Assembly: GCF_000143415.4 (NCBI RefSeq)
Contig: NW_003314302.1
Coordinates: 80,065-144,064 of the forward strand
DNA from: Selaginella moellendorffii
Lineage: Eukaryota; Plantae; Lycopodiophyta
Direction of reading: 5' to 3'
Length of the DNA: 64,000 nt
The notes below the pieces were generated by a model that saw only the letters and a program-made list of their open reading frames with translations, was not told the origin of the DNA and searched no databases. Position numbers and translations under genes: made by a program. This document shows, piece by piece, positions 41,757 through 53,424 of the stretch (its first letter is position 1; each line of letters starts with the position of its first letter).

Positions 41757-44416
41757 CTAAGTTGACGATTTCTTGGCTTCGAGGCGATCGGTCATAGCGA
41801 AGAACTCCGAGATGACTTCCAAAGGCAGCCCTTTCGTTTCCGGGACCTTGAGGAAGATGAAAATCCACGACACGAGACAAACCAATGCGAACAGGCTGAA
41901 GACTCCTCCCAGGCCAAGTCGGACGAGGAGAATCGGGAAGAGGTACGTGACGATGATGTTGCACACCCAGAATGTGGCCTGGCACATTGCTATGCAGAGG
42001 CCACGGACCCTTGTTGGAAATATCTCCGAGCACAGGATGTTTGGGATCGGCCCAAATCCCATCACGAACGAGCAAGCGTAGAGCGTCACGCTGAGGAAGG
42101 AAATGACTGCCTGAACGAGCCCGGCACGGAGGTAGTTGTTTGAGAATGTCACGGCCACCAGTGCCAGCAACAACACCGGAAGCGTTGAAAGCAGCAACTG
42201 CCTGTTAAACCAAAGCGTCAAATCTCAAAAGCCTCGTGCTAGCGAAAGCATCTACTCACCGACGGCCAGAATGGTCCATCAAGCGCATGGCCAACACAAT
42301 GCATGGAAGCATGAGCAAGGACGTGGCGGCACTTCCTAGTATAGACGCCGAGTTCGCGTTGATACCAGCGTCCGAGAGTAAAACAGCTAGTCCAGATTGC
42401 TGGAGAATCTGTGGAATGAAGTAGAGCACAGCGTTGATGCCACTAAACTGCAAATAACGAGAAGCAAAAGCTCGGATACATCAAGGGCGAAACTTAAGAA
42501 AGAAAAAAAATCATACCTGCTGTAAGACTTGCAAGCTCAAGCCAACGATAAGAGCTCTTTTGACGCCGCCAACAAATATGTCCGACCACGCAGGCCCGCT
42601 CGTAGCTGTCTGCGTAGGATGAAGCATGGCAGGGCCAACTGGAGCCTCACCGATGATATCCCTCATCGACTGCGCTGGGTGTCCAATTATGGCTGCTGCT
42701 GGAATAGAGTCCCCTTCGGCAATTCCTGGTAACGATGCCGTAGATCCAACAATTCGGCCAGACGCGTCCACTGCCTCCTGCAGCAAGAAAACTCTTCTGA
42801 AGCCGCCTTCCTCTGTATGCCCCGTTCCCTGCTCGGGCTCAGACCATTGCCAGGCCAGTTGCCATCCACCTCCGATTCCCACACTTCCAAGAGACTCCGG
42901 CATGCTTCCATGGTGCATACTGCCACGAGAAACCAGATTGCTTCTACTTCCTCGTCTTTCCGGCACTGTTTCATGTCCCTGTTCCACGTCCTCAAAGGCT
43001 CCCGAGTTGTCCCTGCTTGACACGCCAGACCGCTTGTGAAGTAGCGGCGCTTCGAGGTTCGACTCGTCGAGATTTCCCACCACCCCTTCTTCCATGTCTG
43101 ACTCGTAGCCATTATCGCGTGGCTTGTCCTCCTCTTCCTTGAAATGTGGCTCCTCGGGATAATCACGCTCGTGTCCTTCAACGGCTTGGTGGTGTTCCTG
43201 AGTCTGCTGTACACTTCCGATAAGTTGCACAAGAGGATCCATGAGATGGACGCTCTTCATGCTGAAGCTGGGGAAGGTTGGCACAAGCGAGTGGCCAGCC
43301 GGTTCTTCTACGACTGGGGTGGCAATCCACGCGATACCTTCCTCGGGTGAGTAAAGCTTGATTTGAGACTCGTGTTTTTGCGGGACACCGTTTTCGAGCA
43401 CGTCTTCCGGTGCGGGTTTGAGTAGCCACTCCTCGAGTGATGCCTCACCACCGACACCGAGACCCTCGACAAGAAGAGCGAGCTCCGCTGTCAAACAAAG
43501 GATCAGTCACGAGACAAAAAAGAAGTCACAAAGCGAGTACTTGCCTGAAACGTCGTCTCTGTCGCGTAGCCGCTGTAGAACATACTTAGCTTCCAGCATC
43601 CGGCCTTTGCTTACGAGCCACCTTGGCGATTCGGGCAAGTAAAATATCACCAGCGCCAGGTACAGAAGAGCTGGGATGAGCAAAACTCCCAGCATCATTC
43701 TCCAGCTGGGATCCGCCGTTAGCGACAGGAAGAACACCATAATGTACACGACGAACAGCCCGCCAGATCCCAGGAGCTGTGGAAAAGTTGCCAACTGCCC
43801 TCGGATCTCCGACGGAGCCGTCTCAGCGATGTAAATCGGGACGATGGTCACGACCAGTCCAATGCCAGTCCCCACGAGAAACCGGCTGGCGATGAGCGCG
43901 TAGACGCTTGGCGACCAGAGCATAGCGCACGAGCTTACTGAGAAAAGTGCCGACGATAAGATGAGCATCAGCTTCCTTCCAAGCCAGTCCGCCCCTGGGC
44001 CAGCACAGACTGTGCTACATACAGCTCCAAGGAGCGTGGAAGCCACAACGAAGCCTTCAATAGTGGGCTTGTCTTCCAAATGGAACTCTGGCTTGATATA
44101 AAGCAGTGCACCTAAGATCAAGACGTTAGTGACAAGAAGAAATTATTCGAGAAAATCGCAAAGAAAAACACGAGACGATGGTTTTAAACGAAGCAAGAAG
44201 TGGAAACAGAAAAGCTAGCAAGATCAAGAGATAGTGACAAGAATAAAACATTCGAGAAAGCAAAATCGCAAAGAAAACATGAAACAAAAAAAAATGGATG
44301 CCATACAAAAAGCTGGCTTGAATGTTTGATCACTCACCGGCGATGGCGCCATTGTCCCAGCCCTGGAGAAGATTTCCAAGCGCAGCTGCCAATGCGATTT
44401 TTGTAGCGCCTTGCAT
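41757..44416 (-). CDS. Tonoplast monosaccharide/sugar transporter (TST/TMT, MFS), multi-exon
   Basis: GNLLQGWDNGAIA, PESPRWLVSKG, long central loop with GIGGGWQLAW, QQFSGINAVLY, PETKGLPLE. Confidence 0.94.
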
Positions 44417-44729
44417 TTGACGCGACAAGGAGAGAAGGAGAAGCTAGCTCAAGAACCCTAAGCCCTGGCGAGAAGAAAAGCGCTGCTCAATCGATGAAGA
44501 TCGGGATTGCGTGGCTGCATTATCCGCGCTCCTCCATCGCAAGAACGCGAAAACCTGGCGGTGGATCGATGGATGGAAGAATCGCTGGATCGAAATATTC
44601 CAAGCAGGAAGAAGAGACTCCGTGAGCGTGTCGACGATCTGAAGGCTGCCCTAGCATCGAAACAAAATACTTCCTCGGGACAAAGAGAGGTGGCATCACA
44701 CCTTGGTTCGCGGTGAGGCATATTCTCGT

Positions 44730-44786
44730 CCGACCACGTGTCTGCCCAGCATTTGCGTGACACGTGGATATCTTCCGACGTGGCAC
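44730..44786. promoter_or_regulatory. G-box/ABRE cluster upstream of the TST gene
   Basis: CCACGTGTC, GACACGTGG and GACGTGGC within ~55 bp. Confidence 0.5.
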
Positions 44787-45041
44787 TATTCCATTGCGCC
44801 GCATGGCCGGATATTTGTTCTTTTCCGAATAGTCTGGACTCTATAGCGTCGCGCCAAAATGACCGCCCAGAACGAATCATAGCCGTAGTCACCTGGAAAT
44901 AGAAAATCCCTACCGTTGGATTCATAGTTTAATAAGAGCCGTCAGATTCATTCATTTCATTCATTTCCCACCACCGACAGATTAATAAACCCACAAAACT
45001 CTACCGTTGGATTCATAGTTTAAATAATAGCCGTGGGATGT

Positions 45042-48000
45042 CTAAGCCGCGGCATGGAGCTTGACGAGCGAGGCGTAAGCTCCTCCCTCGACGTGCACCA
45101 AGTCCGAGTGCTTCCCTTTCTCGACGATCGATCCATTCTTCACCACCGCGATCATGTCCGCATTGACGATCGTCGTGAGCCTGTGCGCGACGACGATGGT
45201 TGTTCTGTCCACCATGATCCGGTCGAGCGCCGCCTGGACAACGTGCTCCGACTCGGCATCGAGAGCGCTGGTGGCTTCGTCCAGCAGCAAGATCTTGGGC
45301 TGCTTGATGATAGCCCTGGCGATGGCGATCCGCTGCTTCTGTCCACCCGAGAGTTGGATTCCTCGCTCGCCAACCTGTGTGTTGTAGCCGTCTGGGAGGC
45401 TCGTGATGAACTCGTGAGCGTTGGAGGCCACCGCAGCGTTCACTACCTCCTCGTCGGTCACAGTGCCGTCCTTTCCATACGAGATGTTTGAGCGGATGGT
45501 TCCGGTGAAGAGAATCGGCTCTTGGCTGACAAGACCGATTTGTTGGCGAAGCCATCGTAGCTGGAGCTTTCGGATGTCGACGCCGTCGACCAAGATGTGG
45601 CCTCCATCGGGATCGTAGAATCGCTCTAGGAGATAAATCACTGTTGATTTCCCACAGCCACTTTCTCCGACTAGAGCCAATGTCTGAGGCAAGAAACTCG
45701 AAGTAAGAAAACAAAAAAAAGAGAGAGGAAAACACTACCTTCCCTGCTCGAACGGAGAAGCTCAGGTCGTGGAAAATCGGTACGTGAGACCTGGTAGGAT
45801 ACCGGAAGCTAACGTGCCGAAAGTCAATATGGCCTTTGAGATCCTCTAACTCCCTTCCTGAAGGGTCTGCTGCGTCGATCTTGGACTTCTTATCGATGGT
45901 AGCGAAGATCGAAGCGACGGAAGCTTTCACCTTTGAAAGATCTGGAGCTAGTCCCAGTGTCTGGGAGACACTAAGAGCAGTGAAGATGATAGCAAAGAAC
46001 ACCTGCCAGTGGAAAGAATATCATGAGCACCAAGAAGAAAACGAAAAGATGAAAACTTTCAAGGACCTTAAAAACGTTCTTAAATTCTGTCTTTCCCTGG
46101 CGGACGAGGCGGGCACCATACCAGAAGATGAGAGCTTGCGAACCGAACTGCACGAGAGTGGAGATGGCAAGACCAGCACCACTGATATATCCAATGCGAA
46201 CAGTATTGGCGAGAGGCTTCTTGCACGATTGCTTGTACAGTTCCAGCATCTTCTTCTCCGCACAAAACGATGCAACGGTGCGAATGTTGCTCACTGCGCT
46301 CGTTGCAATTCGGCTCGCTTCTTGGTACGTGGTCTAAAAGAAAACGCTCACAGATTAAACAAGATAGAAGCAGGAAAATGTCTACCTTGGCGTCAGCGCT
46401 AAAGCCCGTCATCAACCTGACTTGGAGAAGGCCGACAATGCTCAGAACAGGCACCATTCCCAGGATGAGAAGAGCTAGCTGCCAGTCTGCAGTGAATGCA
46501 ATTACAAGCCCCGCAACAACGGTTGATCCATTTTGCACGGCCAAGGACAAAGAGTCTCCTACCATTCCTCGAACACTAGCAGCATCCGACGAAAGCCGTG
46601 CACCGATGGCACCACTGATCAACGCAAAAGTTAAGCTGGATTGGAGACTTAAAGATGAAATGTACCTTGAGTTCTCCGGTGTATCAAACCACGAGACTTC
46701 CTGTCGGATGATATTTGAAAAAGTTATTTGCCTGATACGATTAACCAGCCTGCTACCCGCTATTGAAAATGAGAATAAGTTAGAAGGACAAACGACGATG
46801 CTGCCAGCAGCCATCACGACGAACATCAGCGCCCAGAAGTTTGAGTCGGTTTGGAGTTTGTGTGTGTCGAGCTCGAAGAACGTGGCCAGCATACTCGATA
46901 GTAACAGACTGTAGGCTGGAAAAATTATTCCGTGAGCGACTGCGGCCACTGATCCGAAAATAAGTATCGGAAGTTCTGGCCTGTTTAGAGCTGCAACTCG
47001 AAATATGGAGACATCCTTGGGCTCCGCATCCCTGCCCGCTTCAACGTCCTCGCTCGTCTCAGAGCGAAAGCAAAATAAGAAACGCTTTCGTCTGGGCTCG
47101 AGCTCCACAAACTCCATCTCGGGGGCGGCCCCGCCCGATCTCCTGATCGAGAATGACGTGCGGCTTTTTCTACTTCCAAAAGACCATCGTCCCGACCACC
47201 GTCCCGAAGAATTTTTGCTGCCGCTTCTACTCAGAGCCCGTTCATTTGGAGTTGCTACTTGATCGGGATCGACTGCTGGAGCACTTTCTTCGTGCACCTC
47301 TTGAAGTCGGATAAGTTGAGAGTATGCACCGTCGGGATTTTTAAGCAGCTCAACATGTGTACCTGGAAAAGATAGTCATCTAAGACACTGGCGCAGAAGA
47401 CTCGGGATACGTACCTGACTCGATAATGGCTCCATCTTGTACCACAGATATGAGAGACGCATTCTTTACCGTAGAGAGACGATGAGCAACTACAACTGTT
47501 GTGCGGTCGACCATGATCCGGTCAAGAGCTTCTTGAACTACGTGCTCGGATTCAGCATCCAAGGCGCTCGTTGCTTCATCAAGTAGTAAAACACGAGGAT
47601 TCTTTATAATAGCTCTAGCAATAGCGATGCGTTGTTTCTGTCCTCCAGATAACTGCGTTCCCTGCTCTCCAACTTGTGTGTCGAAGCCCTGTGAGAATTA
47701 CTAGAGTTACTCAGGAAAAAAAACGATTTATCAAAACTTACTTCTGGCATCTTGTTGATGAATTTCGAAGCATTAGAGAGCTGGGCCGCAAGTAATATCT
47801 CTTCGTTCGTTGCACCATCTTTTCCATAAGCGATATTTGTTCTTATAGATGCACCGAATAGAACAGGCTCCTGGCTCACAAGCCCAATCTGACGTCTCAG
47901 CCACTGAATTTGTAGCGCTCTCACGTCGTAACCATCGAGAAGAATTTGACCTCCGCTTGGATCATAAAACCTCTCCAGCAAGCTTATAACAGTAGACTTT

Positions 48001-49505
48001 CCACTTCCACTTTCCCCCACCAAAGCAGCCGTTGTTCCAGCAGGTACCTTAAGGCAAAACTTTTTGAATATCTGAACCTCTGGCCTGGCTGGATAAGCAA
48101 AATCTACGTCTTGAAACTCGATATCTCCTTTGAGTGTTCCGGGCGTAATCCCACTCGTATCGAAAGAGTCAATCTGTGGTGTCCGGTTGATAACCTGAAA
48201 CATTTTATATGCAGCAGCTCGACCGGCGGCAAACGCCCCGATACAAGGTGAAGCCTGACCCAAAGACCTGCACAAAAGGAATAAAAAGTTAACGCCAAAG
48301 CTTGAAAGCATATCAAACACTTACATTGCTCCTAGAAGAACGACAATGATTATATTCAGAACTGTACCCCCGCTATACCCCTCATTGATAATTAGCCTTG
48401 AGCCATACCATAACGCCAGAGCATAGCTGTTGAAGAACGTGAACAGAGCAAATCCCATCCCCAATCCAGAGACTAGACCCTGAAAAATGGTGGCCTTATA
48501 TGCATCTTTCAAGGCACTGTTGTAGTCCTCCACAGCCTTAATCTCTCCTGTGAAAGATGCAACCTGATAGAAGCTTCAGATTGTTAGGAGAAATGTGATT
48601 ACAGTGCAAAAAAATCCAAACCATACCGTTCTGATGCCACTGACAACTTGTTCTACTATATTTCCGGCCCTAGCGTACGCAACCTGACCCCTTCCAGCCA
48701 TTTTCGAAACAAGTATAGCGAGTGTAGCTCCTGCAGCAACCAGCAGGGGCAAAGTCGACATCATCACGAGTGTAAGTTTCCATCCCTTGATAAAGGCCAG
48801 AGCAAATCCACCGACGAACGTTGTTACAAACCGTATGAACCTTCCTACCTGCGCAAGATAAAAACAATGAGCAACTTCCAAAAGAATGAAAAAGATCCAA
48901 ACCTTCTCTCCAATGGCATCTTGGATCAAAACAGTGTCCCCCGACATACGCTCGATCACCTCCCCGGTATTCGTTTCTTTATCAAAAAACGAAACATCTT
49001 GACGTAAAGTTGCTTGCAGATAGAGACTCCTGATGCGAGTGGCTTGCCTTTCACCGGTGCAAATCCAGAAAGCAACCTCTGTATGGATATAAAAAACAGT
49101 GAGACCTCTTCAGAGGAAACAATCCATCCATACCACAAAATGATAAAACTGCTGCGCCAGCGCCAAGATAGAGGAATCTCACGGCGACCTGTTCGTCATA
49201 GTCAGCAAAAAGAAATCAAACGAACAAGAAAAAACAGATGAATCCCATACCTGAGAGACAGCATCGAAGAGCTTCCCCGGGTCGCCAAAATTGTTTCCAA
49301 ACGCATTCGTGACTTGGCCCAGGATGAGAGTCATGAAGGGCATCGCGAGACCATTTCCAATCGCTCCCACGGTTCCCAGAAACATGAGAAGGTAGTCCAG
49401 CCTATCGGCAAATGTGAAGAGCTTGTAGAATGGTACCAATTGCTTGGAGGCATCGTCGTGGTGCTCACTCTGTCCGCCTCTAGCTGTGGCGTCCGGCCCA
49501 TTCAT
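45042..49505 (-). CDS. Full-size ABCB (P-glycoprotein/MDR) transporter, multi-exon
   Basis: [11 protein letters not shown] start; two TMD-NBD halves with [33 protein letters not shown]. Confidence 0.95.
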
Positions 49506-49875
49506 CCCTGATCGCCCCAGAAACCACGAACCCAAGCCCGAATTTCAATCGCCCATGGCAAGCCTCCGGGAGTGATCAGAAAGCTGCCACAACAATCTCT
49601 CGGGAGCGTAGTTGCGCTCCACCTATTAGTCGTCGCGCATTGCAGATAGCGACAGTATACCAGCATATGTCCACAGAGATCTATGACCCCACAAACAGTT
49701 CCATCCGGCGGTCCCGTGCTACCCCACACTCGAAACTCTTGTGCACTGCCCATGATCATCGCTGCTGGCTGGAACTCGTGGCGCGGCCGATGGATTGCCG
49801 GAGATCGAAGAGCCCCAAACCCTAATCCAATGCCATGTCACTGGATCCCTCTCCTTCCAAATCTCTCTTTCGAGG

Positions 49876-50346
49876 ATGACCGGAGCTTCCCGACAAACCC
49901 TAAATGCGTTCTTGATTCCCTTGCCTGGCGATGGCAGGCGTGGACGCCGGATCTATATCGAGTACCATGGAGCAAGAAAGAGGAGAAAGAAGAGCTCTAG
50001 AGGACGATCCAGGGTGAAAGTACGAAGGAAGCGAGTGATCTGGAAGGGAATGAAGCGCAAGAGGAGGAAGAGGAAGAGAATCCCTAAAATCCCTATGCTG
50101 ATCCTGGCGACGCTCCTGGAATCCAAGCGCGGCATCAGCAGCGCCGCGATCCTCCACCGAATCAAGCGCAAGTATGGCCCCAATCTCCCCAAGAAATTCC
50201 GGCGATCGCTGGCCAGGCAGCTGCGATCGCTCGCCCGGAGCGGCAAGCTCAAGCGCGTCCACGGCATGTTTGCGCTCACCAGCGCGCTCATCACCAGATC
50301 CCGACACGTGGCAAGATCTCGGCAGAGGGCGGGAGCGCGCAATTGA
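49876..50346 (+). CDS. Arg/Lys-rich protein with a linker histone H1/H5 winged-helix domain (protamine-like candidate)
   Basis: MLILATLLESKRGISSAAILHRIKRKYGPNLPKKFRRSLARQLRSLARSGKLKRVHGMFAL matches the plant GH1 pattern; basic N-terminal arm; start ATG 49876 or 50050. Confidence 0.72.
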   Translation: MTGASRQTLNAFLIPLPGDGRRGRRIYIEYHGARKRRKKSSRGRSRVKVRRKRVIWKGMKRKRRKRKRIPKIPMLILATLLESKRGISSAAILHRIKRKYGPNLPKKFRRSLARQLRSLARSGKLKRVHGMFALTSALITRSRHVARSRQRAGARN

Positions 50347-50812
50347 ATTCTAGGGTTAGGGCTCTTGGATCTAAACGCCATGATCGCCTAGATTCTTCTG
50401 CGAAGAAACACTCCATCTAATTTATCCGAAATAAAAATCCAAGGGAGTTGAATTGGATCACACGACGCGCCAAAAGAGTCAAAAAGAGAAGATGATCGCC
50501 ACTTCGTATCACGGACACGCACACGCTTTTTTAGGGCGGCACGTTGCGCGGGAGAATTCAAATAATTTTTGGGGACCTCACCGTACACATTGGGCCATAG
50601 CATACGGTCTCTGCGACGCTATAGAGCTGTCTCTTTTTGTGTGTGCTCGTAGCTAGGGCTCTTCCTTCCCTGCGCGGCTCGCTCACTGACGCCTTGTCTG
50701 TGATCGCGGCGTGTTCGCTTGCTCAGGGAGGATGGATTTGCGGAAGAATCTTTGCTAGAACACTGGCTGTGCTCGCTTTGATCGTCTCGTTGCGCCTGGC
50801 GTGTAGCAATCA

Positions 50813-51946
50813 ATGAGGCGGCTAAGGCTGGCTTTGCAGCGATTGCGCGCTTTCCGGCTAACAAGGAAGTGTTTCTCGCTCGGTTATCTCAAATCTAGGT
50901 ACAGGGCTAGGAGGGATTCCACCAATTCCAGGAGCTCGCCGCCTAGCAAGCCGCTCTCCATGGCGAAATACGAGAAATCGCGACCGGCATTCATCGGCAA
51001 CAAGCAGCATTGCGGCAAATCGGCGGGGCTGGATCAGCTCCTCCTCCTGGCTTGCAATCCCTGCGCGGTTAGCACCGCCGGGATGGTCGTCGACAGCTAC
51101 AAGTTCCAAATCCAGGGCAAGAAGAAGATCTCGGCCAAGAGCGCCAAGAACAAGGCCGAGAGCGACGAAATTTGGGAGAAAGAGAAGTCCTGGAACATCG
51201 TCACGCAGGTCGGTGACGATTTCGTCACCAAGAAGGTGATCTTGAAGAAGAAGAGCAAGAAGAAGCTCGCGAGGGAGGAGCCGGCTCCAGTGATGAGTGA
51301 TCAGGCCGACTCGGGATCTTGCTCGTCCTCGCGATACCGCCTTAGCACCTCCTCCTCGGCTGCCGACGATCAGAATCACTACTCGTGGGACAAGGAGCTC
51401 TCCTTTGCCAGCGGCGACGATAGATGCCTCGACGAGGATCGCATCAGCTCCGAGTTCCTGGTGGATCGCTTGGAGGCCACTTCCAAGGATGTCTTCATTG
51501 CCCCTCCGGTGGCTTCTGGTGGCCATTTTCTCGATGATTCCTTCTTCTCCCTCGATCACTACATCAGATCTGTCCAGAGCGCCGGTGACAAGCACTTCCC
51601 ATCGCCCGATTGCTCGTCAAAGATCGGCGAGCTGGAGCTGGAGGAGAAGGAGCAGCCAAAGAAGATGGTTTCGTCTTCCAATTGCGGCAGTTGCGATTGC
51701 GGTGCTCTAGCTCACGAGAAGATCCCAGCGGAGAAGAAAGTGGGAGGGGTGGCGGTGGCCAAGTTCTCGGTGGATCCATACCGAGACTACAAGGACTCGA
51801 TGCTGGAGATGAGCGCCGCGAATGGATTGGAGAAGATGAGCGAATTCCGGGAGCTTCTCCAGTGCTATCTCTCGCTCAACCCGCCGGAGTTCCATGCGAC
51901 GATCATGGAGGTGTTCACGGAGCTCTTCTGGCATAGGCTGGTTTGA
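50813..51946 (+). CDS. OVATE family protein (OFP), intronless
   Basis: C-terminal VAVAKFSVDPYRDYKDSMLEM...ELLQCYLSLNPPEFH..IMEVFTEL. Confidence 0.9.
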   Translation: MRRLRLALQRLRAFRLTRKCFSLGYLKSRYRARRDSTNSRSSPPSKPLSMAKYEKSRPAFIGNKQHCGKSAGLDQLLLLACNPCAVSTAGMVVDSYKFQIQGKKKISAKSAKNKAESDEIWEKEKSWNIVTQVGDDFVTKKVILKKKSKKKLAREEPAPVMSDQADSGSCSSSRYRLSTSSSAADDQNHYSWDKELSFASGDDRCLDEDRISSEFLVDRLEATSKDVFIAPPVASGGHFLDDSFFSLDHYIRSVQSAGDKHFPSPDCSSKIGELELEEKEQPKKMVSSSNCGSCDCGALAHEKIPAEKKVGGVAVAKFSVDPYRDYKDSMLEMSAANGLEKMSEFRELLQCYLSLNPPEFHATIMEVFTELFWHRLV

Positions 51947-53424
51947 CGCTTGCTCTATGATCTCGATCGATCGTCTTCGTGGGATATCAAATTCTACTTC
52001 CCGAAGATCAAGGTATGTGTGCAAGAGATCCAGGAAGGATCGCTCATGAATTCACGCAGCTAACAGACAACAGCAGGAGAGATCCATTAAATGGATCATT
52101 GATGAAGAAAGTCAGCACTTCACCAGCATCAATCAAGCAGTGGTTCCTCAGTAACTTCTGAACTGAACTGAAGAACCAGTGGTAAAAGTTCTGGCAATAC
52201 TTGCAAGTTACAACAACCCAGCAGCAGTAAAAAGAAGGATAAAATAGAGAAGAGGCTCCTTCCAAGTTCCATCCAGCCATTGTCTGCTCTCAAGTATATG
52301 TATGATTTCTTTCTCTTGTTTTTTCTTGCTCTCACTTGGATTGGTTGACTCTCCTCTAGTGCAATTGGCACCACAGGATGATTCAGAATTCAGGCCAGCA
52401 CTGACAAAAGGCTGCTCCCACTTTGACTCCAAACCTGTTTTTCTGAATTTGCTGCTTGTTGTGTAGTTGTTGGTGTTGGTCTATTTCATTTCAGAGAGGG
52501 TACCTGGAGAGAGTTTTTTCCATCACTTTTTAAACAAGAAAGCTGCTGTTCTTGTTGAGAGTGTGGCTTTTTTCTTTAAGAAAAATTTATATAAGCTCCA
52601 GTTGATGCTTGAACATATTAAACATTTTCTGCTGTCCTGCGAGGTTGAAGTGTTCTCGATCCTCGTGCAATTCGGAGCGTAACAAACATGCTTCCATGCA
52701 AAACCTTGTCAATGTCAAACATGAGACGATAGCATAAACTTGATGGGAGAGATTAATCAACAATCTCATATGGTTTAATTTGCATGCGCAATAAACGAGA
52801 CATTGTTTCTTCTCTAGATAAATTTCGCACATTCGGGGTTTATGGATGATCGATCGTCTTGTGTTAGTTAGACAACTAACAACACTAACTGGCAAGCAAG
52901 AATAAAGGCCAGATTTAAAGCTGGGCATGATTGCTCTTGTGGGTGTCCACTGTCAGTCCACTAATAACTCTACTGTGGTACTACCAGATCAGCTACACAA
53001 GGGAGTGAGCGTAGCGCGAAAGCAATCTCTTGGATTTTGATGGATCATAGCGAAGGCGCGCCAAGAAAGGAATTTAAATTTTCGAGTGTGAATGGAGGGA
53101 ACAAAACTGTAGCATCAAGCAAGCGAAGCAAGAGCAACGAGTGAGCGTGGGTCTTGCCTTCCAGAAAATGGAAAGAAAGCGGACTACTTGAATGAAAGAG
53201 TGGTGGGCATTTTCATTTTCCAGTGGCAGAAAAGTGTAAGCAAGTGATACCCATCAACTTCTTGGCTCCATTCAAAAAACTCCGCATTTTTTTTGGAATA
53301 CATCCATCAAGCCTGTGATCTTGACTCCATTTATGTCAATTTTTTTGTTTTCTTTTGTACAGCGAAAAGTTTTGCATAGCGCGTTTGCTTACACATCTTT
53401 CTCACGCGGATCTCTTTGCTTTCA

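Noticed and set aside
52000-52930. Short minus-strand ORFs with splice-like signals downstream of the OFP gene
   Set aside because: No coherent gene model or recognisable motif; possibly a decayed gene but unsupported.
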